Below the pieces are notes generated by a model. It had not been told where the DNA came from, made no database searches, and saw nothing but the letters and a program-made list of their open reading frames with translations. The translations under genes and the position numbers were made by a program. A DNA stretch of 64,000 nt from contig OX597815.1 in NCBI GenBank assembly GCA_951406725.2, positions 139,686,001 to 139,750,000 on the forward strand, written 5' to 3'. This DNA is from Octopus vulgaris (taxonomy: Eukaryota). Below, in pieces: positions 49,198 through 64,000 of this stretch; positions within the stretch are counted from its first letter, which is position 1, and the number at the start of each line of letters is the position of its first letter.

Positions 49198-49899
49198 CTG
49201 GATAAAAGAATGGCATGTGATAGGAAATATATTTTACAACAAAATAACATTTAAAAGAAGTAGCTAATAGTAAATAAAAAACATCCAATGTTGATTACCC
49301 AAGTAAGGATGGATATCGGAGCCCTGACAATGACCCTTTCACTAATCTTAATGTACCTCAAAGCTTGCCCCTATGACACTGCTCACTAACTCAAAAGCAA
49401 GAGACAGTTGTTAATCAGCTCTAACATCCAGAATCTCTTTCCTTCTTCAAAGCCAGATGTACTACTGGCAAGATACTCTCTATTTCATTCTCCAGTGACC
49501 TCTCCTCTCCAAGAAATGAAAGCAGCCCTGTTGCCTTCAACATTAGCAAGCTTTCAGCTGTACCTGATATGTGCATCTCCTGACAATGGGCTTTACCCAT
49601 CTCACATCTCTTGGAATGGCAGCTTCCTAACAGATTGCATTATCATAGCCCATGCTGATAGAGCTGTCTTTGATTTGCTTCATCTGATTCGAATATCACC
49701 ATTGGTATGCTCCAGGGTCCAGTTCTGTTCACCACCTTCTCCTATCACACCAACAACCTACTTGTTATCACTAACCACATTTACTGCAGACAATGCCACA
49801 ACTTAATCTTCTCCACACAAGCATCATCCAAATGCAACCTAAGCACTTCATAGTAAACCTGCACTGACTCCATGAACAGAGATCCTGTATACACCATCT

Positions 49900-50620
49900 G
49901 ATCAGGTCATGCCAATGTTGTTTCCTCCAACAACAGAGTCACAATTACTACATGTATGTATCAAAATAACATTACTGCACTCCTGCTTCAAAAGCCAGGC
50001 GACAACTACCACTGACGATCTCTCTTGGTAAATAGACAGCTTCAACATTGCAAAGACCAGCCTTTCTTTCCAGAAATAGAAAATACTTCCACCCTCAAAA
50101 ACAAATAAAGATTTTACAAGATTCAGATGAGAACTATAATGGACAATTACAACTTCTCACACAACCACCACAATGCTGCTGTTACACAAGCAGACATCCC
50201 TGACTGTATCCAAAGAAATGCTTTTGGACTGATTGATATGAAATCACTGACCAGTAGAAAGCAACATCAAGTTCACAGTCTCCTGGCTTTCTTTCTACAG
50301 TGGCCTCTGCTTCTCTGAGATGGCTACTTTCATGATACTTCCACTTAGCACTCCTAACACACGCATCTTTCAAGCTTTCATCATATATATATATATGGTG
50401 TGTATACCCATTCATACTAATGACTATGGTCCTCTGGAATTATTCCCCTGTACACAAGATTTTCTTCAGCCATCATCTTGTAACTGTTTAAGCAGGATAT
50501 TAATCTCACTCGAATCTGAGGATCTACAGACAGATATAGCTTCAAAAAAAGGAAATGGGGCTTGTATTGGTACAGATCTTATGTCACTGTTTGTAGTGTC
50601 TAGCATAGATTAATCTCAAT
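49900..50620 (+). mobile_element. Degenerate CR1/L2/Jockey-group LINE RT C-terminal fragment
   Basis: Relics FYKIQMRTIMDNY (cf. LYKAQVRPxMEY) and PDCIQRNAFGLI (cf. LDRIQRRAIRLI); boundaries approximate, may extend to ~49300. Confidence 0.5.
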
Positions 50621-51721
50621 TTTATCACAACATCTCTTTCTATGTATTTAAATCCTGACTAAATTAGCAAAGTGAACAATTTTTGTCCTCAATTCTGTGT
50701 GTACTGAAACTAATTAACATCTGAATATTAGCTGTTTTTTGTGTTCTTTCTAAACACACTAAATAATCTTTTGTAATTAGGAGTATAAGTTGTGTACTGT
50801 TTCTGCAAATATTACCATTTATTGTTTCACACTGTGTTATCACAAAAATTAATTGATTTACATCTTCAAATACATTAGGGTTTGAATTTACAAATTATAA
50901 TGTTTATCCAACATTATTTATCTTCACATGAAAGAACACTGCATGAAACAAAAGTAACATTATTCAAAACAGCTAAGGATAACAAAGAGTCTTTGTTTGT
51001 CTCAGTTCAATAAACAGCTACTAGAGAAATAAGGTAGCATGGGTGGGGGGAGAATCGGTGAAGATACAGCATACTGCCTCAATATATCTCACCCAACCCA
51101 TGGAAAAATCAGAATTAAAGAAGAAAAAAAAACAACCATGTGATGATAATGAGAGCAATGATATTTGTAGAGAACATCAAAATATAAATACAAAATTAAA
51201 ATCTGAGAAATGTTGAAACAAAAACTAAGAATTCAATTGAAAAAAAAAAAACAACATCCTGCAGTTGAGGCTTGTTATCTCTGGAAGCCTTATTCTACTG
51301 ATTAACAATTTTCTATCATTTCATCCTTATCACTTAAGTCCTGTATTTTCTCAAAACCTTTAACAAAATCTCAGTCAAATGCAAAACTAAGCTCCTCTTG
51401 TCAGACCTTTTCTTTTCTTTTTAACAAGTGCACTGTCTTCTACATACATGATTATTTCTTTTACAAATGCAGTTAGCTTCTACAACAAAAGTGGTGGTTG
51501 AAACAATAGAGAAGTTTGAAATTTCATACAACCTCAAGTGAGGTTTATCCAAAGAAAAACAAGTGCTGAATGTTTCCATTAAAACACTGGATTTACTCTG
51601 CAACTATCGCAAGTAAAAATGTTGCTCTAAATTATTCTAGTACATTTGGTTTTTGTTCCCCTCCACCAACTTGACACTGGTGTTATAAGAGAAAAGTGGT
51701 GAGAAAAATGTTGACACTTAC

Positions 51722-51853
51722 CTTTACTTTGCCCACTTTGGTCTCTTAATACTGTACAATCCTCTATTGATCCATAGTTAGAAAACAATATCCGTATATC
51801 ACTTTCATTGTATTTCTTTGAGATCATACCAACAAACAGCTTCCTTTCTTCAA
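51722..51853 (-). CDS. CELF2: CELF1/2 exon, RRM2 N-half: (V)[43 protein letters not shown]
   Basis: 132 nt, tttgcag| to AAG|gtaagt, phase 1-1; RNP2 LFVGMI; frame continuous with neighbours. Confidence 0.96.
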
Positions 51854-52479
51854 CTGCAAACACAAGAAATAGAATTTTCAAAGAAATAGTAATACACAAT
51901 GTCAATAATGCTTAGCTAGTTTACACTGCCAGAAAATGTAACCTTTAAACTATTCCACAAATTAAACAATCCATCCATAAAAAGATCATAGTAACTTTAG
52001 GGGAGTCAATATCCCATTTATGTATTTATAATGGCAAATAATGCCATTAATATATTTATATATAACTTGAAGTAAAAGAAAGGTGAGACGAATAAATTTA
52101 ATTTAAGATATAAGCTAACAATAGATATATTTCCATAATACAAATAAAATAGATTAACAGAAAACAGGTACATATTGAATATTTTCCTACTATGAAGCAA
52201 AGCTCTAATTTTACACCAAAAACTGAAAGCTGCTTTATAAACACCCAACATCAATGTCATCACTTCTTCATAATAACAAAAAAATTTTTTCATTATTTAG
52301 ACTTAACAATATACTCTTCATAAGGCATAAACTTCTATAATTTCTCAGTAGAATATAAATGAAAATTAAATGATATTTCTAACATAGCTTCCAACAAATA
52401 CATACATTTGATGAAGCTGAATATTTTTAGTCAACAAAATGAGATACAAACTTAAAAAATATAAGTGAAATAAAATCAC

Positions 52480-52672
52480 AAGTCTGCCAGCAATTCCGAG
52501 GGGAGGAGGTTAATTTATTCCATTGACCCCGAAACTTCAATGATATTTTATTTATCAACCTTAAAAGGATGGAAGGCAAAGATGATCTCGGCAGAAGTTG
52601 AACTAAGAATGTAATCAACCGGAAGAAATACCACAAAGCATTTTTCCTGATGCTCAGGCAATTCTGCGAGCT
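52480..52672 (-). mobile_element. Degenerate SINE (family B)
   Basis: aaaaggatggaaggcaaagatgatctcggcagaagttgaact core. Confidence 0.6.
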
Positions 52673-53404
52673 CCTAATACCATACATGACACTGCCAATG
52701 TCACTGACTGCCAGATGAAAGATATCAATATCACACCTAAGGATATGCTGTAACACAAACTTTCATGATGCCAACAACAGATCTAAGTAAGATCATTTCT
52801 TTCAGCTCTGTGTTCAAATTATGCAGAACAAAAATGTTAAAAACTAAAAACTTGTAACACACTGCAATTAAACATGAAATGCTAACCTTCTAAAAGATAA
52901 AAACTTTTCTAATCAATATTACAATATTGGACAAATATTTCCTGGCTCTCTGACAGATAATATCAAGCTGTGAAACCATTTAGTAGATGAAAATATTGAT
53001 TATTTTTGATTGCAGCTGAATGGCAAATATTCCTCATATTTGTTGAGAATTTAGTTAATTAGTTGGAACAAACAACTGGTAAATATAATGACAGACAAAA
53101 CAAACAATTTTAGCTCACAGAGACAATATAATGCAATCAACACAAGTATTTTACCAGCTAACCAATCATTGTTCAGCCAAATCAGTTCTCATCAACATTC
53201 AACTGTAAATGCGTAAGTAAATTAATTAAAACTAATTAAAGATGATTGCTATCCCTTGATTGCAAAGACATTAACATACATGTTACCATTATATACCTTT
53301 ATTGTCCTATGTGCATGTCTGATCAACACATTCTACCTTGTTCAAAAAATATTGTCCAAGTTTCTGATACATTATGACAAGAATTTTACTATTTACAAAA
53401 AATA

Positions 53405-53765
53405 TTCAGTCTAACAGAGTGACAAAGCCAAGACCAACGTAGGGGGAAATTAGTCTAGCTAGAGTGACAAAGATCACTGAGACTGATGTAGAGAGTAATC
53501 AGTCAAATGAGAGTAACAAAGACCATCAAAACTAATGTACAAAGTAATCAACCTAATGAGCGATGAAGACTAATGAGACTTACATACAGAGTAATTAGTC
53601 CAACTAGAGTGACAAATATAATCAAGACTTAATGTATGGTTATCAGTCTCATGAGAATGATCAAGACCAGGGAATGAAAGTCTAACTAACATGACAAAAG
53701 GCCACTGAATATGAAGTAATCATAACCAATCTAATAAAAGTTAAAGAACATTGAGACCAATACAA
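53405..53765. repeat. Degenerate ~45-nt minisatellite
   Basis: Recurring agtctaa..gagtgacaaaga.cactgagactaatgta..gagtaatc units. Confidence 0.7.
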
Positions 53766-54699
53766 ATTTTGCTTATAGTTTTAAGCAGAGAATACAAAAA
53801 ATAAAAATGGATAATGTAAATCTATAATATATTTACTAAATGTTTTTTTGTAAAGAAGAAGAATGTGTAAATGTATTAACATGGAGTCAGGATTAAAAAA
53901 ATACATAAATGTTAACAAAGTAAACTGCTACAGCATTTTTTAACAAAAACATGTAAAATTGGTAAAACTGTATGATACATATTTGTTTCCTACACTGCAT
54001 AAAAGATGCCACCAATACCATGTGAAGTTTCAGATTCCAAAAGAAAATGATTGTAAGTTGAGAAAACAAGATGGGTTGGGGGAACTACAACATACAGCGA
54101 TAGCTGGAAGAACAATTGAGAATTGAAATGATGAAGTAGATAGACTGTTTAGACAGCAAGGATAGGATATTAATAGAAGCAAGGTAAGTATTTTGAAAAC
54201 AGGATTGTTTAGTTTCTACATAACATACACAACAGTATGAATGGCAGCAATTAATATTTTAACTATACATTTAAGTGTGATAAAAGCTAAATGATAGGAT
54301 TTGTATAATTCTTTGTGAGTTTAGGATACTTAAAAGATAACAGTGCCAAAAACAGCTATAACAACAGTGAGGTCACTTGCATTATATAACCAACCACAGT
54401 TCATTAAAACAATCCCGTGAATCAAACTACAAATCATGAGATGAACCAGTTGTCAATATACTGCACTCCACAGCCATTTGCTTCAAATTCTATTTACTTA
54501 TTTGGCTTTTCTACATAGGAAAGAGTAGTTTGAATACCTAACCTCATAGTTGCAGACAATACAAGACCATCAGATAACATTCTGGAATAAATATGAAACT
54601 AAAATCTATTGCTGTCATTCAGAATTGAGTCTAGAATATTTTAAAAATCGTAATAGTGAAGAGATAAACAATAAAATAATTTTGTCAAAGTGCAGAAAG

Positions 54700-54748
<49 letters not shown>

Positions 54749-57664
54749 ATGTCCGCATGTGCACACATGTTAATGCTTTGTTTCCAATGCTCCAGGGACA
54801 AATGCCAGTCAGCCAGCCAAAGTGTGAATGCCTAAGAGGCTATGTAGAAAGTTTCCACTAACCCTTGTCTTGGTAGTGCTAACAAAGAACACTTGTAACC
54901 ACAATTAGAGGACTATGGGAAAAATATATATTTCAAGTTTGTAGAAACAAAATCCAGACAAAAGCAATTATGATTCTACAAGTTGAATTCTGAAATAGAA
55001 TTATTTTTTGACTACATTGTGAGGTACTTGGATGTGTAAAACAATTATGAGTAAAATTGTAAATTTCAGAAGTATACACTGGTGTCCCATAAAGTAAGGA
55101 TACATGCACTCTTGTACAACACTTTCATGTCTGGTTTTTCATGCTAGCATGGGTTGGATAAACATACACACTTCATAACTGACTGAGAACAGGCTGCTAC
55201 AAAAACACAAATTAAGATCCATCTAAAAGACCATTTAAATACCATATTCAAAAAGTGAGTTTAAACCCAAATTCTGATATGTACAAAATATATATAACTC
55301 TGCAGAACTGTCCAAGAAAAAAAATTCAGAAACCATCATTACTTAGGTATCCAAATAAAGAGTACCGCCAGGCATTAAATGTGAGGGTTAATATAACATG
55401 GCTTCATCTTTAATGATATATCTTACCCTACCAAATTACAAAGTGAGCATCAGAAATTTTTATTATGTAATTTTATGTAATAACCTCGTCAATGGTTTAT
55501 AAAACTTTCATATGACTAATTAAATGTGTGGAACATGAACAAAAAAAAAAAGAAAATGAAACCTTACAAAGCATTACAATATATCATTGACATAGTTTGT
55601 ACGAAAGACTAGCTAAGAAGAGCAGCCGAGACAGATAACGAAACAACAAAATCCTCTGTAATAAGTTTGAAAGGGTTTCTCATCTAAAATGAACAAGCCA
55701 GCAGATGACAACACTGAATAGGAAATGTTTAATGTCAGGATATTTGTAGGGCAAGTAAACTATATTAATTCCTGCTTTTAAAATTAAATCAATAAAATAA
55801 ATAGAACACATGTTCTTAAGCTACATAAGATCACAAAGGACTGTATAAGACCATCAAGAAAGGAATACAAGCACTTCTCAAAAAAGCAAGGAAGTTTTTT
55901 TTTCTTTCATCAAAACTAGCTACACAACGACATTGAGCAATATCTATGTCAACAATATCCCAAAAACTTGCTGTTTAAAAAGACTACCAAAAAAATCAAT
56001 ACGATACCTTTAGCCCCAAATCTGGGTACTCCGTTGATACCTAAAAAAAAAAGTAACCATTATATAGACAAAACAACTTTGACACTATGGCAAAGAACAG
56101 GACATCAAAGTGACTGAAACAACCAGAAGAATTTTGAATGATGAGAGGAAAAATAATGTCCAAGAAGTATGAGTGACAAGGTGTCTACTACATAAGATTA
56201 CCATAATGATCTAAACGAACACAGATAATTTCATCAGGTTAACATTTTCAACCTTTTACTTTAAGTAATTTAATTTCAACATATACATTTTTTGATTTAT
56301 ATTTCTGTAAGGAAACTGTCAGCCAACTGAATGTAAAGCAAAGTGACCACTGACACAATTTTGAACATCTTGAACATTATCTTTTACTGATTAATATAAA
56401 GTAATCAGCAGTTGTCATTTTACATAAATTTTCAGTCACTCTTTTACAACAATGTATAGCTAGCTTTAGCATTGGAATAAACATCATGTACAACTTTGTG
56501 TGGAATAGTTAAAAAAAAAAATAATAAATAAAAAAAAATCAAATTAAACTCTGTGATTTACACTGCTATTTCCACACAGCAGTTTGTACAAGTCTGGCAG
56601 TACATAAAGAAGAACATGTATGGATTTCAGTTAACAGTAATGAGAAGAAATTTTAAATTTTGGCAAGCTGTTGTTTTCCAATGCTGTTAATAACATATGA
56701 ATCTAGTCTCTAATTTAAATAGATGGTGCAGGTATATACCTAGACTAACAACTAATATTACTAACTACGAATATATACATGTTCTGTGGTTACAAGATAA
56801 TTCTCAAACCAAAAGGAATGCCAAAATCCAGTATTTCTTCCACTATAAACTAATGCTGAACATCCAAGAACAAACATTAACTTTCGTCAATCACATACCT
56901 GTTTGATCAGTCTTAACACTACTTTATTGAAACTGAAAGGTGAAAACAGATACCAAAAGCCATTCAATATAATCGTGAAAATGCCTCAAAACTGACTACA
57001 TCCACCTATTTAGTGTGGATAGACCATCCACTACAACTATTCATGATTAGAATCAAAAGTCCACATCCGATGGTAAATTTACGAAAACAGAAATGTCTAT
57101 GAGGTTGAAATAGTAGCTTTTCTAAACAGTTAGACTATTGCCTGAGACAATACAAAGACTGACAGCAACGTAAAACTTGTCTGGGGCTGCATATATCTGA
57201 TGGCTAGGTAGATTAGTTTGAGGCTATACCACCTCCTATAAATGCCAACCAGATAAGTCTCTATGAAAAAAGCTGCCAGTAGTAGATTAGAACTCTAGAA
57301 CTGTAGTGAAAATATTGTAACCACTGCTCTATCTAACTTTAGTGCAATCCTCATCGCATGGCTTAACAGATATTACTAAATGAAGATATACTACATCATA
57401 TAGAAAGGATTGAAGTGATTAAAACTGAAGTATAATAGCAATTTTTTTTACAGCTGATATAGATATAGCTATAATTATAAAAAATCATATTTTATTTCAA
57501 CATCAAATTAGTTAAAATTTCCTGAAGGTTTCCTAATCATTTTGAACAAGGATATATAACTAACTCATATGAGACTTATTCCAAACTTTGTTCCAAGCTA
57601 CTACCTATAGATAGTCCTCGTTTTTACCCACATGGAACAACACATCTAAATATCAATCAAAAAA

Positions 57665-57705
<41 letters not shown>

Positions 57706-59134
57706 ATTTTTAAATTTTCATTCACTTCAGTTTTTTGTAGTTTACACTTCACTGTTGAATTAGCATGGGTTGTTAAATCTAGTGATTTAGACAGAGAAGC
57801 AGCAACGCTTTGCTTATTTTCAGATCTGATTCAAGAAAGTATGACTTTCATATGAGCTGTCCGAAACCTCAGTCAATCAGCCATTAATAATTACTAAACT
57901 GTGACTAAATCACAACTGGAGAGTACTGCCTATAGAGACACAAACAGAGACATGAACACTGCTAAAAAAAATGAATACATAAAACATTCTTTTCTAATGA
58001 TTCATCTAAAAATATAATATTTATAAAACAGCAAATTAAAAACACATTTCATATTTAATCAGCTGAACATTTTTTTTAAATTTCTAAATTTCACATTAAT
58101 TTTTCAGCTCAAAAGAACAATAAATACTGGAAGATGAGTATATAGAATGGTGCAATTTAGCCTATATTTAGCTTCACCAACAACTCTCTTATCACACAGG
58201 TTGCTGTTTGAAGAGGAAGATAGAGGAACAAAGATATAGAGAGGGGAGGGGGGGCTTTCCTAGAACTGTTTATATTTTGCAGACAGACATGAGTCATAAA
58301 TATTTGACATTCCATGCTAAGAGACAATGTAAAGCTTCCACTGAGTAGAGGACATGAAAAGATTCCATACACTTGAGTTAAATATGAAAAAAAATATACC
58401 AAGATTTGTCACTCTAATCATACTACCAAATATCTTTAGATTTCCAAAAGAACTGATTATTTCACAACAGCACTATATTTCACTATATAAGATATTGTAA
58501 TATAACAGAAAAAATAAGCTTCTTCTGATCACCAGTAAAAGTTTGATACTATTTTCCACAGAAACAAAAAAAATAACATCCCCATATTTCAATTAAAACA
58601 TTTACTCAAGTACATAAAAGAAAAGCCTTCAGAGTATATAATGTCTGAATACAGGAAATTCCTAAAATAATGAGCTAATTACAAATCAGGAAAAAATAGC
58701 AGAGAGATAGCTTTAACAAGACTGTGATGATTTATGATGTGTAAAGTCATTTGAAATAGAAGAGTAATAAAACGTCATCTGTAAATTGGCACAATGATAT
58801 ACGTGTACACGTGTATAGACACGCAAGTATGGAATGAACTTGAAATAACAAAAATAGACAAAAACATTGCCATATTTTCAACCAATCATTACAGACTTCA
58901 CAATGAAGAGTAACCAGCAGTGTTATTGATAGTACAGGGATGGCCAAAGTACAAAAAATAGCTGTTGATGCTCAACTCTTATTACTCTATTACTATTATT
59001 TTTAAAGCCATTTCACTAATATTAATTAATGGCTAAAAGAGACTCCTTTCCACAACCAAATCTTATGATTTGCACAACAAGCTAAGCAACAATTATGGAC
59101 AAAAAAAGAAAAACACTTTTGTGATATAAGACTT

Positions 59135-59283
59135 TTAACCCTTTAGCAGCCATATCCTGCCCAAATAATCTATTTGTCTCAAGTTCAAACTGGCAGATCT
59201 AGCTTCTCACACCTACTCTACAACATCATTCTATAATAAAAAGCATTACATTTGAACAAGTAATCTGAATACTAAAGGGTTAA
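59135..59283. mobile_element. piggyBac-like MITE
   Basis: TTAA-CCCTTTAG ... CTAAAGGG-TTAA: perfect 8-bp TIR with TTAA duplication. Confidence 0.7.
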
Positions 59284-61966
59284 AATGTTTCACTTACACA
59301 AACACACATCCAAATTTGATTATTAATATTGAAGCAAGTGATAAGTACTCTTTTACTGTGATATAAGCTTGTATGTAAACAGTTAATTGTACTTCAGATC
59401 ACTGTTCTATTATAATTGAAAGCATTTAAATAGTAGCCGCATCACCAGTGACATACTGTCTGATTCCTCCTCCTATTGTCTGTCCTTCAATGTGGAGTCA
59501 ATAAAATAACAATGAAATAGTGTCAACAACATCCCTGTCAACCCTAACATTTGTGGCCTGGTACCAAAGTTGAATCGTAACTATTAACAGAGGGCAGCAT
59601 TGTGTGGTTATGAATCTCACTTCACAATCTGTGAAACTGTGACCAATGCGTGGCACATTGGATAAGTGCCCTGTACTATATCCTCAAGTTGACCAGTGCT
59701 TTATAAATTAAATTTGGCAGAAGACAATTGTACAGAAACCCAGTGTGTGTATGTGTGTGTCTTTATTGCATCAACACCAATCGACAAGCAGTTATGTTTA
59801 TCTTCTACTGCACATGAAATATATCATCATTGAATGTCCACTTTTCCATGATTGCATAGGTCAGATGCAATTCAGTGTGGCAGATTTTTTATGGTCAAAC
59901 ATCCTACCTGTTGCAAAACCTCACGTTTTTCAAAAAAAACTAATATTTTCCCAACCCAGTGAACATTTACAATAAAATGGCCAGATAAGTTTTCGCAGGA
60001 TATGATTGCTTAGCTTGGGATACAATTGAAGGCATCTGCTCATGAAACTGAATTTGAAACAATGTGATTGTGAAGCAAGACACCAAGCAGGATATCCAGA
60101 CACTCACAGTCTTGTCTAAGTTTAAAAGCAGTTGCACAAACAAGGTTAGAAAAACAGGAATTAATTTTATTATCTTCAGGGTGGATTCTTTTACTTGTTT
60201 CAGTCATTTGACTGTAGCCATGCTGGAGCACTACCATAGCAATGTCAGAGCATTAAATGAAATGCTTTGCAGTATTTGTCTCAATTCTTTATGTTCTGAG
60301 ATCAAATCATACCTTAGTCAAGCTCTGAGATCGATTTAATTGACTTAACTCTCCCCACCAAATTTCAGGTCTTATACCTATGTTAAAAATAATAACAGTC
60401 TTCCTCAGAACATTCCTAAATCACATTGACTGTACTCATTAGCCCTGCAAGAATGAACACAAAATTTTTAATTTGCTTTGCAAAAACCTGGTGAAAAAAG
60501 CCAAAATTAGAATTACCACTGCCTGTGTCAAATCAATATATGTATAGCCTTAAGCATCGTTGCTGAGTACCTGCTATTGTTTGACAAAATAGGTCATATG
60601 CTAATATGAGTGAGAATGTGCCCATGTGCTTTAATCTCCCAGAAACCAATTACAAGTGTTTATATCCTTATTTGGCAAAAACTTCACAAACGCAAATATG
60701 AGGATTTTTTTTTAAAATCAATCTCAAAACCAAGATTTTAGCAGTAGCAAAGTGGACAATTGTGAAATAAACAAATGATTCAATAAAGATTTAAATAGAT
60801 TATTTAATTCAATAGGACCTACAAGCCCAATACTATACCTCATAGGTTGTCTTACAAAGTCTTTTAATGGAAAAGTTGATTGCTGCCATAGACAAAGTAA
60901 TTTCTATCCCACTGATATCATTGGTCAAGAACAAGAAATGGTATTTCTATTAAGAACATGGATAAATATTAATTTTGTGTGTGTGTGTATGTGTGTGTGC
61001 ATGTGTGATTGTGTGTGTACTTCAGTAATTAGATCTCTAATCGAAAATCTTAGTGAATCTAATCCAGATTGCTTTCAATCAAAAGTTTCCCCAGGAACAT
61101 GAATATTACAAAAGAAGTGGAGGGAAGTGCAAGTTTCAATTCATTGCAGATTGAATAGGAGAATTGCAAATTGCTTGGTATCAAAGTTAATTATTGACAT
61201 CCTTTACAAATGTCTATGTTTGAAATATATGGTTTCAGATGATTGGCACAAGATGAGAAAAAGCAGCATTGATTCCAATATAAAAACCAGATATCATAGC
61301 TCATTACTTTCAAGTAGCAACAAAGAAGACAGTCCAAGATTATGTAAGATAACTGGAAATACAATCTGACAGACACTTGGCTAATCTACAGCAAAACAAA
61401 TCTACAAAGTGGCCAGAGTACATTTACTTGTAATAGACAAATGTATTGCAAGGTAAATTTATTAAAAGTCAATAAAATTATATATCCCTACATTAGAATG
61501 TTATACATTAAAGAATTCAGCCATCCATACATTATCTAGAATAAAAATAGCAAATGTGAAAATATTTGTATGATTATCAAAATATATAATAAAAACATAT
61601 TTGTAGCTTGTTTTGTGTTCAGATATCATGCCCCCCATCTATATTCTGGCTAGAATAATACAACAAAGTATGAATTCAATGGTAACAAGGTATTTGCCAA
61701 TGTAAACAAATTGGCTGAGTGTCACAACAAAAAAGAGAAACTATCTTCTATGTGATGACAGAAGATGTAGGTATATACAGGTTAGCTTAGATTAAAATAG
61801 AAGCTGCTGTTTCATGTTTTTAAACAAAACTGACATTGAAATACAAACGTTATTAGGTAGGTAACTAGATGTCTATAGAAATTTCGAGTCTTCATGAAAC
61901 AAAATGTAATTACTACAGAGAGAAGGGGAAAAAAAGCAATCCTAATAAAACATTGATTACACTTAC

Positions 61967-62015
61967 CATTTCTTTTTTCACTATCAGCGGGTTTCATTTG
62001 TATGGGATGATGCAT
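61967..62015 (-). CDS. CELF2: CELF1/2 (CUGBP Elav-like/Bruno) exon, end of RRM1: MHHPIQMKPADSEKRN; first exon in window, gene continues 5' beyond 64000
   Basis: 49 nt between ttccag| and G|gtaagt. MHHPIQMKPADSEK is the CELF1/2 signature (CELF3-6 have MNRPIQVKPADSE). The symbol denotes the invertebrate co-orthologue of CELF1/CELF2. Confidence 0.96.
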
Positions 62016-64000
62016 CTGGAAAGGAAAAAGAAAATTGAAAATAAATCAAGAAATAATATAATGATTATGACAGAAAGTGATCTTTACTGGTTATTGAAAA
62101 CATGAAAGTTTGAAATGGCATGGGAGTATTCCCCCACCCTTTCTTTCAGAAATGAGGTTGGAGACATAACAATGGTTCACATGGAACAAAGCTTTAATGA
62201 TCTTTTTTTTTTTTTTACAGAGAAAACAGTTACCTCAAAATGAATTTCAGAGTTTACAAGGGAAATAGTTCTTAACCAAAGTGTTTTAAATATTTTGTTT
62301 TATGTCCATTCCACTATACATCAAGTATGTTTGTTTTGCTAACTTGATAAATACTACAAAAGGTTTCACCTAGCTGAATGAAACAAGTTGAATAATGTGA
62401 GTTCCTTAAGGGAAAATGCAATGACAATGTCATTAACCAATGCAAGTTCGTAACTTTTGCTGTATCAATAACCAATTCATAAATATAAAATTCAAAGAAA
62501 TTTAGTACCAACACTTCTAGAGTACCATGATATTAGTTTCACCTGCCATTTAAGTACAAAGATACAGTTGTCATGTAACAGAATTTAGAAAAGTGAACAA
62601 AAAAAATTTTCAAAAGACAACGCAGAGCATAGAAACTAAGCAAGAATGGAAAACTTTGAAGTTGCTGCCTATTATACAATATAATTACAAATGTGTTTTA
62701 CAAGCTGCAGTACTTGATATCACAAAAACAATTTAACTTAATGCATAAGATGTTAGATCTATAACTTCAATGTCTACTTGCATAATGACATTAGTGATTA
62801 TATCAGTGATTCCATTTAATGAAATTACATAGTTTTTCTTAACATTTTAATGGTCTTAAGTAGACATATTGAATTACAAACATATTGTGAAGAGGTAGGG
62901 ATAAGATTTTTATATCCATTTTTCTAAGAATTCATAAAATGATTACTTTTAATGTTTTCAGAAATTATTGAATCAAACCTGTTAAGCTGGAACTTATCTT
63001 CGTAATAACCATTATGGTATATATTACATAGCAAAGACCAACAGTGGATTCAGATTTTGATAACAGTGGTCAACAAAATTCAACTTTTCTTGAACTGGAG
63101 ATGAAAATCAGCCTATCTTTAATTTGGGGCTGCTGATTACAAAACCGACACTTCTATTACAGAATTAGGCCTCTTCTCAATTTTTCTAAAAAGATTACAG
63201 CACAAGAGGAAGCACTAAGCACCAAGCCAATGAAAAAGAAAAAAGAGATACTTGAAGAATCGAGAAAAAAACCACACCAGGGTCCTGATTCTTCAGATTG
63301 GATACAAGGGTGGCAACACCTAAGGCAATAATTTTTCAAGCAGGGTAAGAGTGGAGTCAGAATCCTGATACATCACCACCTCTGCCATTATCAAAGATCT
63401 CTGAACAAAGGTCCATTCAATCAGACTAAGGATAAAATAACAATATTGACTACAATACAAATTATAGATGACATTGCACAATATTGTCTATATAATTACT
63501 GTAGCTACAGGTAATTTTGAAAGATGATATCTAGAATAATATAGCTTCATTGGGAAAAAATTTGTTATCCTAATCATATAAATTATAGCCATCGTAGCTA
63601 GAGGTGACAATTCTTCGAGTAGAGTAATAGCCTAAGCAATAAGTGGGACAATTCTTCAGGTGATTCAAAATGTCTATATTGCAAAAACAACAATTATTAC
63701 ATCATCCACAAGCACATGATGCAATAGTCTTTAATAAAAGCTACAGTTAAAAATTCATTTGAATCAAGTGGCTAGTCAACGTTGTAACTGTGTTAGAACA
63801 CATCATCATCATTTATCAATATCTATAAAGTTGAAATGCGTAAAAGTTGTCTCATTTTGGGATGGGGACGGTTTAAGGGGTGGTAGATGGGGTCGGATTG
63901 GCGCCAAAATTTACAGGGACATGTAAAAAGAGGCGAGGAAGCAACTGGACTAGGTTAGAAACCCCTATCTCAAAAGCTTTAATTACTAGGGCAACAAAAC

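Overview
AT-rich, microsatellite-rich eukaryotic genomic DNA. The SINE, MITE and RTE repeats look like those of a coleoid cephalopod, most likely Octopus; this is recognition from memory, not a database search. The window is dominated by the 3' part of one minus-strand, multi-exon CELF1/2 (CUGBP/Bruno-like) RNA-binding protein gene. I reconstructed 13 coding exons with canonical GT-AG junctions in one continuous frame, from the end of RRM1 (MHHPIQMKPADSEKRN, 62015) through RRM2, a Gly/Ala/Ser/Asn-rich linker and RRM3 to the stop (..KNDSKPY*, 27425). The 5' exons lie beyond 64000. A donor 22 nt after the stop opens a probable ~9.8 kb 3'UTR intron, followed by a probable ~5 kb terminal UTR exon (17605 to ~12350). 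The most interesting observations are: (1) an ~830 bp intronic fold-back with two mirror-image minimal hammerhead-ribozyme motifs (Penelope-like), one in the sense of the CELF pre-mRNA; (2) two candidate frame-preserving microexons (21 nt; 21/39 nt) and stacked in-frame alternative donors in an all-phase-1 linker; (3) tandem Y(n)AG|GT sites in the 3'UTR intron that could be recursive splice points or an NMD-triggering UTR exon. The first ~10 kb is intergenic and CpG-richer, with Helitron remnants, SINEs and minisatellites. Nearly all entries in the ORF track are spurious or only partly overlap real exons.
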